This document shows, piece by piece, positions 23,427 to 33,926 of a DNA stretch of 64,000 bases (position 1 is the stretch's first letter; each line of letters opens with the position of its first letter). The notes beneath the pieces are model-generated. The model saw nothing but the letters and a program-made list of their open reading frames with translations. It was not told the origin of the DNA and ran no database searches. The stretch comes from an uncultured Acidobacteriota bacterium (GTDB lineage: Bacteria > Acidobacteriota > Vicinamibacteria > Vicinamibacterales > UBA2999). The position numbers were made by a program, and so were the translations under genes. Location: contig CADEFD010000007.1 in NCBI GenBank assembly GCA_902826515.1, forward strand, positions 3,373 to 67,372, given 5' to 3'.

Positions 23427-26372
23427 ATGTTCCGCTATCGGCCTTCTTGCGCGTTTGCACCTCTGGCGGTTGCGGCAGCGATCGTGTCGTGTCTGTCCGG
23501 CAACGCTCACGCGGAGCCCGCCATCTTCGACCAGTACACGCTGACGTCATGGACCGACGAAGACGGTCTGTTTGGCGGCTGGATCGTGGGCATCGCGCAG
23601 GACGAGCGCGGCTACATGTGGATTGGCACCGTGAGCGGCCTGCTGACCTTCGACGGCATCCGCTTCGAACGCTTCCAGCCGCGCGCCGGCGACCGTCTGC
23701 CGCAGCGATCGATCTCGAGCGTCGTCTCGACACGCGACGGGAGCGTGTGGGTGGGATTCAGCGGCAGCGGCGGCGTGTGCCGCATCCGCGAGGGGCGTGT
23801 CATCGACTACGGCGTCGAGGACGGCCTGGGCGAAGGCCGGGTCACGGCGCTCGTCGAAGACGCCGACGGGGTGATGCTGGCGTCCACGGCCGACGGGTTG
23901 TTCCGGTTCTTCGAAGGCCGCTGGCAACGCGTGAGCGACGCGCAAGGCCTGCCCGGCGGGCCGGTGCACGGTTTGTTCCGGGATCACACCGGCTCGATGT
24001 GGGCGTCGACGTCGACCGCCGTGTTCCGCCGCGGCCGTCGCGACGACGGCTTTCAGGCGGTGACCCAGACGTCCTACCGCGCCCTCAGCTTCACCGAAGC
24101 CCCGGGGGGCGTCATCTGGACGTCGAACCCGGAGTCCGGATTCGGTCCGCTCGTTGACGGCGAGGTGCAGTCGACGCCACGCTCCGCGCGCCAGGGCCGA
24201 GGCTATCGGGTGCTGCACGACCATCGCGGCAACCTGTGGGTGGCCACGCTCGGTCAGGGTCTGTGGTTCGTGCCCGCCGGTGCCCGCGACCCGCAGGTCG
24301 TCGGCATACAGAACGGCCTGTCGAACGACACCGTGCGCACGTTGTTCGAAGACCGCAACGGCGATGTGTGGGCGGGCACCACGGTCGGGCTCCACCGATT
24401 CGCGCGCCGGCGCGTGGCGCCCGTCACCGACCTCGATGTGGCCAGCGCGGTGGAAGCGGATCCTCGCGGAGGGCTCTGGGTCGGCACGGCCACCGGCCTC
24501 ATCCACATGCGCGACGGCGTCCGCCGTCGTTACGGCGCGGCTGACGGCCTGCCCGACCCGCAGGTGCGTGCCCTCCACCTGGATCGCTCGGGCACGCTGT
24601 GGGTGGCAACGGAGCAGGGCCTCGCCGTCGTGTCGGCGGACGGCGCACTCACGACCCCGCGCCTGCGGGAGGGCCGGTGGCCGGCGGGGGTGATGGCGAT
24701 CGCGATGGCGCCCACCGGCGAGCTGTGGCTGTGCACCCAGGACCACGGCGTGTTTCGCTGGGCGGGCGGCCGCCTCCTGCCCGTGACGTTGACGTCCGAT
24801 GAGCGGCCCACCGATTCGGTGTTCACCGACAGCCAGGGGCGCCTGTGGGTGGTGCTCCAGGGCGGTGGCATCGGCGTCGTGGAACGCGACGGCGCGTTCC
24901 GCGTCCTGCGCCGGGGCGACCGCTTCCATCGCAGTGAACTCGCCATCTACGAAGATCGGTCCGGGGCCGTCTGGTTCGGCGCCGGCGGGCGCCTGACACG
25001 ATTCAAGGACGGTGCGCTCAAGGCCATCACGCCCGCACACGGCCTGCCTTCCGACACCATCCGCGCCATCGTCGGCGACGACGACGATCATCTGTGGATC
25101 GGCACGAGCGGCGGCATCCTGCGGCTGGCCGCCCGTGAGTTCGATCGTGTGCTGGCCGATGCAGACAATCGGCTCGACTTCCGCGCCTACAACTCCTCGG
25201 ACGGCCTGGCCGGAGCGCCCGTGCGTGCCGGCTTCCCCAATGCCGCGCGCACGCCGGACGGACGCCTCTGGTTCGTGACCGGGAACGGCCTGACGATGCT
25301 GGATCCGCTGCAGCTGGCGGCGACGCGACCGGCGCCGCCGGTGCACATCGAACGCCTGATGGCTGCGGGCCGGGCGTTCGAGCCCGCAGGTGGCCTCACG
25401 CTGCCCGCGGGCACCGTCGCGTTTCAGATCGAATACACCGCGCTCGAATACTTCTCGCCACGGCAGGTGCAGTTCCGCTACCGGCTGGAGGGGTTCGACG
25501 ACACCTGGACCGACGTCGGCGCGCGCCGCATCGTCTCGTTCACCAACCTGCCGCCGCGGTCATACCGCTTCCGTGTCATCGCCCGGAGCAGCGAGGGCGT
25601 GTGGAACGACCATGGCGCCGTCCTCGACTTCGCCGTCGCCCCCACGTTCTACCAGACACGCGCCTTCGCCGGCGTCTGTGGTGCGGCCGGTGTCGCGCTC
25701 CTCATCGGCGGCTGGCGGCTGCGGCTCCGTCAGGTGCGCCGCCAGTTCGGTCTGGTGCTGACCGAGCGGGCGCGGATGGCGCGTGAGATCCACGACACGC
25801 TGCTGCAGAGCCTGGCCGGGCTGGAACTGCAGGTCGACGCCATGTCGACGCAGCTCGATGTGTCGCCGGCCGGCGTCAAGCAGCAGCTCGAGCGTGTCCG
25901 GCGTCAGATCCAGTCGGATGTGACCGACGCGCGCCAGTCGATCTGGGACCTGCGGTCGCCGCTCCTCGAGTCGCGCGACCTGGCGAGTGCCCTGCAGCAG
26001 CTCGGCGACGCCGTGACCGCCTGCAGCCGCACGCGCTTCGAGTTCGTCGTGACGGGCCGCCCGGCCCGCTGCGCCCGCAAGATCGAAGAGCACGTGCTGC
26101 GGGTCGGCCGCGAGGCTGTGAGCAACGCCGTGCGCCACGCGCACGCGGGGGTGGTGCGACTCGAGCTCGCGTACGGGGACGACACGATCATCCTGAAGGT
26201 CTCGGACGACGGCTGCGGATTCGATCCCGCGCAAGCCGTGCACGAGAGCGCCCACTGGGGCATGGCGACGATGCACGAGCGTGCCCAGGCCATCGGCGGG
26301 CGACTCCGGCTCGTGAGCCATCCGGGCGGCGGCACCAACCTGGAAATGGTGGCGCCGCTGCTGGCGCCCTGA
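23427..26372 (+). CDS. Sensor histidine kinase with a periplasmic two-component-regulator-propeller / Y_Y_Y domain (NarL-class kinase core)
   Basis: Signal/anchor MFRYRPSCAFAPLAVAAAIVSCLSGNAHA. There are many propeller repeats (GYMWIGTVSGLLTFDG, GSVWVGF, GNLWVATLGQGLW, GDVWAGTTVGLHRF, GTLWVATEQGLAVV ...). These are followed by the Y_Y_Y segment (FQIEYTALEYFSPRQVQFRYRLEGFDDTW), a TM helix, a HisKA_3-type H-box (REIHDTLLQSL) and an ATPase (VSDDGCGF). Confidence 0.85.
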   Translation: MFRYRPSCAFAPLAVAAAIVSCLSGNAHAEPAIFDQYTLTSWTDEDGLFGGWIVGIAQDERGYMWIGTVSGLLTFDGIRFERFQPRAGDRLPQRSISSVVSTRDGSVWVGFSGSGGVCRIREGRVIDYGVEDGLGEGRVTALVEDADGVMLASTADGLFRFFEGRWQRVSDAQGLPGGPVHGLFRDHTGSMWASTSTAVFRRGRRDDGFQAVTQTSYRALSFTEAPGGVIWTSNPESGFGPLVDGEVQSTPRSARQGRGYRVLHDHRGNLWVATLGQGLWFVPAGARDPQVVGIQNGLSNDTVRTLFEDRNGDVWAGTTVGLHRFARRRVAPVTDLDVASAVEADPRGGLWVGTATGLIHMRDGVRRRYGAADGLPDPQVRALHLDRSGTLWVATEQGLAVVSADGALTTPRLREGRWPAGVMAIAMAPTGELWLCTQDHGVFRWAGGRLLPVTLTSDERPTDSVFTDSQGRLWVVLQGGGIGVVERDGAFRVLRRGDRFHRSELAIYEDRSGAVWFGAGGRLTRFKDGALKAITPAHGLPSDTIRAIVGDDDDHLWIGTSGGILRLAAREFDRVLADADNRLDFRAYNSSDGLAGAPVRAGFPNAARTPDGRLWFVTGNGLTMLDPLQLAATRPAPPVHIERLMAAGRAFEPAGGLTLPAGTVAFQIEYTALEYFSPRQVQFRYRLEGFDDTWTDVGARRIVSFTNLPPRSYRFRVIARSSEGVWNDHGAVLDFAVAPTFYQTRAFAGVCGAAGVALLIGGWRLRLRQVRRQFGLVLTERARMAREIHDTLLQSLAGLELQVDAMSTQLDVSPAGVKQQLERVRRQIQSDVTDARQSIWDLRSPLLESRDLASALQQLGDAVTACSRTRFEFVVTGRPARCARKIEEHVLRVGREAVSNAVRHAHAGVVRLELAYGDDTIILKVSDDGCGFDPAQAVHESAHWGMATMHERAQAIGGRLRLVSHPGGGTNLEMVAPLLAP

Positions 26373-26377
26373 CCGCC

Positions 26378-27013
26378 ATGTCGAGCGCCCGCCAGCCGAT
26401 CCGCGTGCAGTGCGTCGACGACCACGCGGTCGTGCGCGAAGGCATCAGTCTCAAGATCAACCTCGAGCCCGACATGACGGTCGTCGCCGCGGCCGCGACC
26501 GGCGAGCAGGCCGTGGCGCTCTTCACGGAGCACCGGCCCGATGTCACGCTGATGGACCTGCAGTTGCCGGCGATGAGCGGCCTCGAGGCGATTCGCGCCA
26601 TCCGCGCCATCGACGGCGCCGCGCGGATCGTCGTGCTCACGATGTACTCGGGCGAAGAGGACGTCTATCGCGCGCTGCAGGCCGGCGCCGCCACCTACCT
26701 GCTGAAGGGGACGCTGTCGGACGATCTCGTGCGCATCGTCCGCGAGGTCCATGCGGGTGGACGACCGATGCCGCCGGACGTAGCGGCCACGCTGGCGGCG
26801 CGCGTGCCGCGATCGGCGCTGACGCCGCGCGAAGTGGAAGTCGTGACGCTCATGGCGAAGGGCCTGCACAACAAGGAAATCGCGGCCCTGATGCACATCA
26901 GCCACGAGACCGTGCGCATCCACGCGAAGAACATCTTCTTCAAGCTGCAGGTGCCAGACCGCACGGCCGCCGTGGTGGATGCGTTACGCCGCGGCATCAT
27001 TCACATGAGCTGA
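26378..27013 (+). CDS. NarL/LuxR-family response regulator
   Basis: Receiver (IRVQCVDDHAVVREG...VTLMDLQLPAMSG) plus a LuxR HTH (LTPREVEVVTLMAKGLHNKEIAALMHISHETVRIHAKNIFFKL). ATG lies 5 nt after the kinase stop. Confidence 0.9.
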   Translation: MSSARQPIRVQCVDDHAVVREGISLKINLEPDMTVVAAAATGEQAVALFTEHRPDVTLMDLQLPAMSGLEAIRAIRAIDGAARIVVLTMYSGEEDVYRALQAGAATYLLKGTLSDDLVRIVREVHAGGRPMPPDVAATLAARVPRSALTPREVEVVTLMAKGLHNKEIAALMHISHETVRIHAKNIFFKLQVPDRTAAVVDALRRGIIHMS

Positions 27014-27393
27014 GCGCCGCGCCGGCGGCCCATGGCCGGCCTGCCGGCCGCGTCGCATCTCTGATTTCGCACGCTCCAACCCGTTCGGGTGATTGACGGT
27101 CCGCACCGGCGGACCGATCATCACGCACCGTTGAGAGAGACGGTTCGTCGATCGACAGCTCACTGCGTGCGGCGCTGGCAGGCGCCGTTGGCAGCACCTC
27201 GCAGCTGAACACGAAGGCTTGCGCGCGGTGGGGTTCGATGACGGCGAGTGAGGCGCGTCGACCGGGGAGACACGTGAGGCCTCGTGCCGCTGGGCACGGC
27301 CGCACCGTCGTCAGTGTTCCTCTCGGCCGTCCATGAGCGGGAGCCGTCAGGTTGCGCCAGGCGCGCCGCGGGCATCCCCTCCGGGAGAATCAG

Positions 27394-30300
27394 ATGGCAG
27401 GCAAAGTGTTCGCGGCGATCGTGTTCGGGCTGGCGGCCGCCCTGGCCGCGCCGGCACCCGCGGCCGCGCAGGGTACCGGCGCCGGCACGATCGCCGGTGT
27501 CGTGCGCGACGAGTCGGGCGGCGTGCTGCCCGGCGTCACGGTGGAGATCTCGAGCCCGGCACTCATCGAGAAGGTGCGGGCCACGGTGACCGATGGCGAC
27601 GGCGCCTACCGCGTGTCGGAGCTGCGGCCCGGCGACTACGCGGTCGTCTTCACGATGCCCGGGTTCGCGGTGATGCGCCGCGAGGGCATCGAGATCACGT
27701 CGAACTTCACCGCCAGCATCAACGTGGTGATGAAGGTCAGCGCGCTCGAGGAGACGATTACGGTGAGCGGGCAGACGCCGCTCGTCGACACGTCGACGGC
27801 GACGCAGCGCACCACCATCACCCGCGAGGTGCTGGCCGCGGTGCCGACCTCGCAGAGCGCGCTGGCCATCGCCTCGCTGATGCCGGCGGTGGTGCAGCCG
27901 CCGAGCGCTCAGGATGTCGGCGGCAGCATGGGAGAGCGGTCGGTGCGGATCTCGGTGCACGGGTCGCGCACCTCGGATGCCCGGCTGCGCCAGGAGGGCA
28001 TGATCTACAACGCGCTGACGCCCGGCGCCGACTACGGCACCGGCGGGCTCGAAGGCACGGGCCGCGGCTACTACGTGAACCCGCTGGCGGCGAGCGAGAT
28101 TGTCGTCGACGTCGGCACCATGGGCTCGGCTGAATACGGTGTCGGCGGCGCCCAGTCGAACGCGCTCTACAAGGACGGCGGCAACGAGTTCCGCGGCACG
28201 GTGTTCGGTGCCTGGACCGGACATCAACTGCAGTCGGGCAACCTGTCGGATGAGTTGCGGTCGCAGGGGCTGAACCAGGTCAACACGCTGCGCAAGATCT
28301 ACGACGCCAACGTCGCCCTCGGCGGCGCCCTGTGGCGCGACAAGCTGTGGTACTTCGGCCATGCGCGCTCCTGGGGCGTCACCGGCCGGCCCGCCAACCT
28401 GTTCCGCGACGCCAACCTCGGTCAGCGCGTGGTCGGGGCGCCGGCGGCCGCCTGGCGCTACGCGCCGGATACGAGCCAGCCGGTCGATCAGCGCGAGATC
28501 GACAAGGGCGCCGGCCTGCGTCTGACCTCGCAGTTCACGACCAAGGACAAGATCACCTTTTCCTACGACCGGCAGAAGAACTTCCAGGACTCGCTGACGG
28601 GCGCCCTCAACCTCGGCACCACCAAAGTCGAGAGCAACGCGCCCTACTGTCAGCAGCACTCGGTCTACCAGGGGCTGTGGCTGCGACCGCAGTCGAATCG
28701 GCTGCTGTTCGAGGGCGGCGCTACCGTCAGCAAGTTCACCTTCGGGAACGGCGGCTGGGGCAACGAACTCGACCTCAGCGACTACCAGCAGTGCGGCGAG
28801 ATGTTGTTCGACAACGTCTCGATCAACGACACCGGGCTCGGCTACACCTACAACGGCGGCGGCAACCGCAACCTCGCCAAGTCGTTCCAGACCAACGGCC
28901 GCGCCTCGGTCTCGATCATGGCCGGCGCCCACAGCGTCAGGCTCGGCACGCAGTGGATGTTCGGGCTCGGCGGCGGCCACCGCGTCTCGAACGACCGGAC
29001 GCCCGCGCAGGTGCAGGGGCTCCCGGTCGCCTACACCTTCCTCAATGGCCGGCCGACCGGGCTCACCCAGTACGCCACGCCGCTCAACATCGTGTCGCAG
29101 CTCAACCCCGACCTCGGCATCTTCGTGCAGGACCAGTGGCGAATCGGCTCGCGCCTGACGCTGAGCGGCGGCCTGCGCTTCGACTGGCTGCACGAATCGG
29201 TCCCCGAGACCTGCCAGCAGGCCGGGCCGCTCGTGGACGCGCGCTGTTACGAGGCGCTGCCGACGGTGACGAACTGGAAGGACCTCAACCCGCGGTTCGG
29301 CGTGGTCTGGGATCCCTTCGGCGATGGGCGCACCGCCGTCAAGGGCGGCATCAATCGCTATGTGACCGGGGCCACGACCGGCATGGCGAGCGCCTTTGCC
29401 GGCGCCAACGCCGCGGTCAGCAACACCACCCGGGCGTGGAACGACGCCAACGGCAACTTCCTGCCCGATTGCGAGCTGCGCACGCCAGGTGCCAACGGGG
29501 AGTGCGGCGCCCTGGCCAACCAGAACTTCGGCCGCCTGGTGCGTACGACCGTGCCCGATCCCGACATGAGCGAGGGCTGGGGCAAGCGCGGCTATAGCTG
29601 GCAGGCGCAGATGTCGATCGACCGTCAGCTGTTCTCCGGCGTGTCGGTGACCGCGGGTTACTACCGCACCTGGTACGGCAACTTCATCGCCGTCGACAAT
29701 CAGGCGGTCACACCCGCCGACTACAGCCAGTACTGCGTGTCGGTGCCCGACGACCCACGCCTGCAGTCGCAGATCCGCGGTCAGCAGCTGTGCGGTCTCT
29801 ACGACCTCAACCCCGACAAGTTCGGACAGGTCAACAACGTCGTCACGTTCGCCAAGAACTTCGGCACGCAGCGCGACATCTACAACGGCGTCGATGTGCT
29901 GTTCCAGGCGCGCATCAAGGGACACACCGCCAGCGGCGGCTGGAACATCGGCAACTCGATCCAGTCCGGCACGACGGCCGGCGGCGCGGTGGGCTCGAGC
30001 TCGGACCGCTGCTTCGTCGTCGACTCGCCGCAGCAGTTGTTCCGCTGCAAGGTCAACAACCCCTACCAGAGCCGCTTCAAGTTCAACTGGTCGTACCTGC
30101 TGCCGTGGCAGGACATCCAGCTGGCGGCCGTGTTCCAGAACAACCCCGGGCCGCAGTTCACCACCAACATCGCCTACTCGAACGCGCTCATCGCGCCGTC
30201 GCTGGGCCGATCGCTGTCGGGCAACGTGCAGCAGGTGACCGTCGAGGTCGCCGAGCCGAACACGCAGTTCGGGCCGCGCATCACCCAGGTCGATGTGCGG

Positions 30301-30492
30301 GCGACGAAGATCGTCCGCTTCGGAACCCGGCGGCTGCAGTTCAACTTCGACGTCTACAACGCCCTCAACGGCAACGCCGTCATCAACTACTTCAGCACCT
30401 ACAGCCTGGCCAACGGCGGCGCGCGCTGGAAGACGCCGACGCAGATCCTCGACGGGCGCCTGGCCAAGGTCAGCCTGCAGGTCGATTTCTAG
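27394..30492 (+). CDS. TonB-dependent receptor-like outer-membrane protein with an N-terminal carboxypeptidase-regulatory-like domain
   Basis: SD GGGAGA. Signal peptide MAGKVFAAIVFGLAAALAAPAPAAAQ. G.IAGVVRDESGGVLPGVTVEISS...TDGDGAYRVSELRPGDYAVVFTMPGF is the CarboxypepD_reg fold. A plug-like segment (TITVSGQTPLVDT) follows. The roughly 900-aa barrel ends ...RLAKVSLQVDF. Confidence 0.85.
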   Translation: MAGKVFAAIVFGLAAALAAPAPAAAQGTGAGTIAGVVRDESGGVLPGVTVEISSPALIEKVRATVTDGDGAYRVSELRPGDYAVVFTMPGFAVMRREGIEITSNFTASINVVMKVSALEETITVSGQTPLVDTSTATQRTTITREVLAAVPTSQSALAIASLMPAVVQPPSAQDVGGSMGERSVRISVHGSRTSDARLRQEGMIYNALTPGADYGTGGLEGTGRGYYVNPLAASEIVVDVGTMGSAEYGVGGAQSNALYKDGGNEFRGTVFGAWTGHQLQSGNLSDELRSQGLNQVNTLRKIYDANVALGGALWRDKLWYFGHARSWGVTGRPANLFRDANLGQRVVGAPAAAWRYAPDTSQPVDQREIDKGAGLRLTSQFTTKDKITFSYDRQKNFQDSLTGALNLGTTKVESNAPYCQQHSVYQGLWLRPQSNRLLFEGGATVSKFTFGNGGWGNELDLSDYQQCGEMLFDNVSINDTGLGYTYNGGGNRNLAKSFQTNGRASVSIMAGAHSVRLGTQWMFGLGGGHRVSNDRTPAQVQGLPVAYTFLNGRPTGLTQYATPLNIVSQLNPDLGIFVQDQWRIGSRLTLSGGLRFDWLHESVPETCQQAGPLVDARCYEALPTVTNWKDLNPRFGVVWDPFGDGRTAVKGGINRYVTGATTGMASAFAGANAAVSNTTRAWNDANGNFLPDCELRTPGANGECGALANQNFGRLVRTTVPDPDMSEGWGKRGYSWQAQMSIDRQLFSGVSVTAGYYRTWYGNFIAVDNQAVTPADYSQYCVSVPDDPRLQSQIRGQQLCGLYDLNPDKFGQVNNVVTFAKNFGTQRDIYNGVDVLFQARIKGHTASGGWNIGNSIQSGTTAGGAVGSSSDRCFVVDSPQQLFRCKVNNPYQSRFKFNWSYLLPWQDIQLAAVFQNNPGPQFTTNIAYSNALIAPSLGRSLSGNVQQVTVEVAEPNTQFGPRITQVDVRATKIVRFGTRRLQFNFDVYNALNGNAVINYFSTYSLANGGARWKTPTQILDGRLAKVSLQVDF

Positions 30493-30511
30493 GACTCCGG
30501 AGATGCCTCAC

Positions 30512-31465
30512 ATGCGACTTGCGTTGTTCACCGCACTCACGGCCGGCCTGGTCGGCGCCCTCGGCACCGCGCCGGTCTCGGTGCAGGCGCCGCCGCGCGG
30601 CGACGGCGGCGTCCGCATCCTCCAGCAGGCGCCCACCGACCGATCCGTGAACGTTCCCGGCGAGACGCTCACCCGGTATCTGAAGGAGATGGACGCTCAC
30701 AAGCTGGCCACCCTCCGCATGGTCGAGGGCGGCAAGTACAACGTGAACATCCGCCGCATCCGCAACGCGGAGACGGCGCTCATCCACCCGAAGACGATCG
30801 ACACCTGGGTCGTGCTCGACGGCGGCGGCACCATGACGACGGGCGGCCGCATCGAGCAGGGCAGGATCGTCGGCGGCGTCTCCACGCCGCTCAAGGTCGG
30901 CGACGTCTACTTCGTGCCGGCCGGCGTGCCGCACGGCGTGAGCGGCGTGAACGGCAGCGTGACCTGGCTGAACGTCCGGTGGGACGTCGATTGGGCCGAC
31001 GGCGCGACGATGGGCGCCGGCACGCTCACGCCGCCGCCGGCGGCGCCGGGACGGCCGTCGTTCAAGCCGCTCGAGTACGCGCCGGCCGACCGCGCCGTCT
31101 ACATCCCGAAGGAGAAGCTCACCGGCTACCTGGCGCAGATGGAAGCCGACAAGTCGGCCGTGCTGCGGATGATCGAAGGCGGGCACTTCAACGTCAACAT
31201 CCGTCGCGTCAAGGCGCCCTCGGCCGAGCACCATCCGGTCACGGCTGACGCGTGGGTGCTCATCGAAGGCGGTGGCATGGTGGCGACCGGCTTCGACCGC
31301 AAGGGCAACCAGCCGGTGCCCGGTACCGGGGTCAGCGCGTTCGCGCGCGTCGGCGACCTCTTCTACGTGCCGGCCAACCTCACGCACGGGTTCACGGCCG
31401 TCGACTCGGTGGCGGCCTGGCTGAACATCCGCTGGGACACCAACTGGCCGGCGGCGGGCCGGTAG
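30512..31465 (+). CDS. Exported bicupin (two tandem cupin modules), hypothetical
   Basis: Start is ATG 30512 (GGAG 9 nt upstream) or ATG 30503. Signal peptide MRLALFTALTAGLVGALGTAPVSVQA. The two halves are internally duplicated and each ends VGD.(Y/F).VPA...HG.......W.N(V/I)RWD. Confidence 0.7.
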   Translation: MRLALFTALTAGLVGALGTAPVSVQAPPRGDGGVRILQQAPTDRSVNVPGETLTRYLKEMDAHKLATLRMVEGGKYNVNIRRIRNAETALIHPKTIDTWVVLDGGGTMTTGGRIEQGRIVGGVSTPLKVGDVYFVPAGVPHGVSGVNGSVTWLNVRWDVDWADGATMGAGTLTPPPAAPGRPSFKPLEYAPADRAVYIPKEKLTGYLAQMEADKSAVLRMIEGGHFNVNIRRVKAPSAEHHPVTADAWVLIEGGGMVATGFDRKGNQPVPGTGVSAFARVGDLFYVPANLTHGFTAVDSVAAWLNIRWDTNWPAAGR

Positions 31466-31475
31466 GAGGGGCGTC

Positions 31476-32729
31476 ATGACGCATACCGCCCTTTCCCTGC
31501 GCCTGGCCGAGACCGCCTGGATCCTCGCCGTGGCGATGGCCGCCCTCACGGCGAGCGGCGCCTGCCGCGAGCGCCCAGTGGCCGCCGACCCCGCGCCCGC
31601 CGCGGCCGCCGAGGGGATGCCGGTGTTCGAAGTCGATCGGTCCTGGCCGCCGCCGCTGCCCTACAACTGGAAGGTGGGTCACGTGCCGTCGGTGGCGGTG
31701 GACTCCCGCGATCACGTGTTCGTGCTGTCGCGGCCCAATACGCTCCCACCGGAGGAACGCGCCCGCGCGGCCCCGCCGGTCGTCGAACTCGACGACCAGG
31801 GGCGCTTCGTGAACGCGTGGGGCGGCCCTGGCACGAGCGGCTTCGACTGGCCCGACAGCGAGCACGGCATCGCGCTCGACGCCAGCGACAACGTCTGGAT
31901 TGGCGGCAGCGCGCCGGTCGCGCCCTCCCTCTTCCGGCGCAACGACGACATGCTGCTCAAGTTCGCGCGCGACGGACGCTTCCTGCTGCAGATCGGCGGC
32001 CGCGACAGGAGTCCGACCTCGGCGTCGCCGCCGCAGGAGGGCGGCAACAGGGATCCGGACAGCGTGCACCAGCCGGCCGATGCCTTCGTGCACACGCCCA
32101 CCAACGAGGTGTTCGTCGCCGATGGCTACGGCAACCGGCGCGTCGTGGTGTTCGACGCCGGGACCGGGGCGTTCAAGCGGGCCTGGGGCGCCTTCGGCCG
32201 GACGCCGCTCGACGTGCTGGTGCCGCTCGGCCCGCCCTCGGGCGATCGGGCGCTCGACACCGAAGGTGAGGGCGCGCCGCAGTTCGGCAGCCCCGTCCAC
32301 AGCGTGAAGGTGGCGCGTGACGGACTCGTCTACGTGGCCGATCGCGCCAACCGGCGCGTCCAGGTGTTCCAGCTCGATGGCACCTACGTGACGCAGATGT
32401 TCCTGAACCGCGGCGGCCCGTCGGCGGCGTCGGCCGCCGGCCTGGCTTTCTCGCCGGATCCGTCGCAGCGCTTCCTCTACGTCGCCGACTACGGGAACTC
32501 GCGCATCGCGGTCGTCGAGCGGACGTCGCTCGAGCTGCGCTACCAGTTCGGCGACCGCAGCGCCAGGCCCGGCGACTTTCAGGGGCTGCATCACATCGCC
32601 GTCGACTCGAAGGGGAACCTTTACACAGGCGAGGTCGCCCCCGGCGCACGCATGCAGCGGTTCCTCTACAAGGGGCTGTCGGCCACGGTGCCGGCCAACG
32701 GCGTGCCGGCGGCGACGCCGGGCTCATGA
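31476..32729 (+). CDS. NHL-repeat beta-propeller lipoprotein (PAL-like fold)
   Basis: Lipobox LTASGAC. Repeated NHL-type strands (HGIALDASDNVWIG; VFVADGYGNRRVVVFD; LVYVADRANRRVQVFQLDG; FLYVADYGNSRIAVV; IAVDSKGNLYTGE). ATG lies 10 nt after the bicupin stop. Confidence 0.75.
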   Translation: MTHTALSLRLAETAWILAVAMAALTASGACRERPVAADPAPAAAAEGMPVFEVDRSWPPPLPYNWKVGHVPSVAVDSRDHVFVLSRPNTLPPEERARAAPPVVELDDQGRFVNAWGGPGTSGFDWPDSEHGIALDASDNVWIGGSAPVAPSLFRRNDDMLLKFARDGRFLLQIGGRDRSPTSASPPQEGGNRDPDSVHQPADAFVHTPTNEVFVADGYGNRRVVVFDAGTGAFKRAWGAFGRTPLDVLVPLGPPSGDRALDTEGEGAPQFGSPVHSVKVARDGLVYVADRANRRVQVFQLDGTYVTQMFLNRGGPSAASAAGLAFSPDPSQRFLYVADYGNSRIAVVERTSLELRYQFGDRSARPGDFQGLHHIAVDSKGNLYTGEVAPGARMQRFLYKGLSATVPANGVPAATPGS

Positions 32730-32781
32730 CGGCGGGCGCGCACGCGTCCACGTCTCACTCACGGTTCCGGGAGGATTGGTG

Positions 32782-33849
32782 ATGTCGAAGCGAAATCGCA
32801 CGACCGCGCGTCTGCTTGCCGTGCTCACCACGGTGCTGATGTCGGTGGCCGGGCCCGAGGCTCAGAGCACGCCGAGCGCGATGAACAATCCCTATCGCCT
32901 CGTGCCGTCGTGGCCGGCGCTCGGCCCGGGCATGAAGTGGGGTGCCGCCATCGGGCTCATTCCCGACGGGCAGGGCGGCGTGTGGATGCACTTCCGGTCG
33001 GAGCCGCCTATCAACCACTTCGACGCGGCCGGCAGGTTGCTCGCGAGCTTCGGCCAGGGCGTGTTCGTCCAGGCCCACGGCTTCTGCCGCGATCGCGCCG
33101 GCAACTTCTGGGCCGGCGACAGCGGGCCGTTCCGCGACGATCCGTCGACGAAGGGCCGCGGCTTCACGCTGCACAAGTTCAGCCCGGAGGGGAAGCTGCT
33201 CCTGACGCTCGGCAAGCCCGGGGTGTCCAGGGCCGGCACCGACACCTTCATCGGACCCACGGCCTGCGCCATTGCACCGAACGGCGACATCATCGTGGCC
33301 GACGGCCACTGGCCGCGGCCCTCCGATGCCCAGCAGGACGGCGACCGCCTGGTCCGGTTGACGCCGGACGGGAAGTTCATCCGCGCCGTCGGCAAGATGG
33401 GATCGGGGCCCGGCGAGTTCATGGGACCGCACTCGCTGGCCTTCGACTCGCAGGGCCGCCTGTTCGTCGCCGACCGCTCGAACAACCGCGTGCAGGTGTT
33501 CGACGCGGATCTCAACTTCGTCGACGACTGGCGGCACTTCGGCCGCCCGAGCGGCGTCGCGATCCTCAAGGACGACACGCTCGTCGTGTCCGACTCGGAA
33601 TCCGGCTTCCCGATCGACGGCCCGGCCATGGCGCCGGAAGGCGGCGGGCCCAGCAAGCGCAACCCGGGCTGGCGCAACGGCGTGCGGATCGGCAGCGCGC
33701 GCGACGGTTCGCTCACGCAGTTCATCCCCGACACGCGGCCCGAAGGCCTGGCCGCCGACGAGCACGGCAACATCTTCGCGGGGCTGACCGGCGGTTGCGA
33801 CAGGAGTCCCTCGGGGGGCTGCCTGCAGAAGTGGGTGCGGTCACGGTAA
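32782..33849 (+). CDS. NHL-repeat beta-propeller protein, exported
   Basis: ATG at 32782 lies 6 nt after GGGAGGA. Signal peptide MSKRNRTTARLLAVLTTVLMSVAGPEAQS. NHL strands include GDIIVADGH, HSLAFDSQGRLFVADRSNNRVQVFD and LAADEHGNIFAG. Confidence 0.75.
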   Translation: MSKRNRTTARLLAVLTTVLMSVAGPEAQSTPSAMNNPYRLVPSWPALGPGMKWGAAIGLIPDGQGGVWMHFRSEPPINHFDAAGRLLASFGQGVFVQAHGFCRDRAGNFWAGDSGPFRDDPSTKGRGFTLHKFSPEGKLLLTLGKPGVSRAGTDTFIGPTACAIAPNGDIIVADGHWPRPSDAQQDGDRLVRLTPDGKFIRAVGKMGSGPGEFMGPHSLAFDSQGRLFVADRSNNRVQVFDADLNFVDDWRHFGRPSGVAILKDDTLVVSDSESGFPIDGPAMAPEGGGPSKRNPGWRNGVRIGSARDGSLTQFIPDTRPEGLAADEHGNIFAGLTGGCDRSPSGGCLQKWVRSR

Positions 33850-33926
33850 CGCGCGCACGCGCGGCGCAGGACGGGCCGGCACGCGCCGGCGGAGCGACGT
33901 CGAGGCGGCGTCAGGAAGGAATCAAC

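Noticed and set aside
27014-27393. 380-nt intergenic region upstream of the TonB receptor as a riboswitch or sRNA
   Set aside because: It contains only imperfect hairpins (for example GTGATTGACGGTCCGC...GCGGACCGATCATCAC) and matches no riboswitch class I can recognise. It is probably the promoter/5'-UTR region. A covariance-model scan would be needed to say more.
27160-29925. 921-aa minus-strand ORF antisense to the TonB receptor, and similar long antisense or off-frame ORFs (7274..8818, 11717..13465, 14601..16265, 20583..22424, 23547..25346, 36035..38173, 38404..40074, 39761..41557, 47006..48847)
   Set aside because: All have Arg/Ala/Gly/His-rich low-complexity products with no family features. 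Each lies opposite a gene with clear family motifs, signal peptides and SD sequences.
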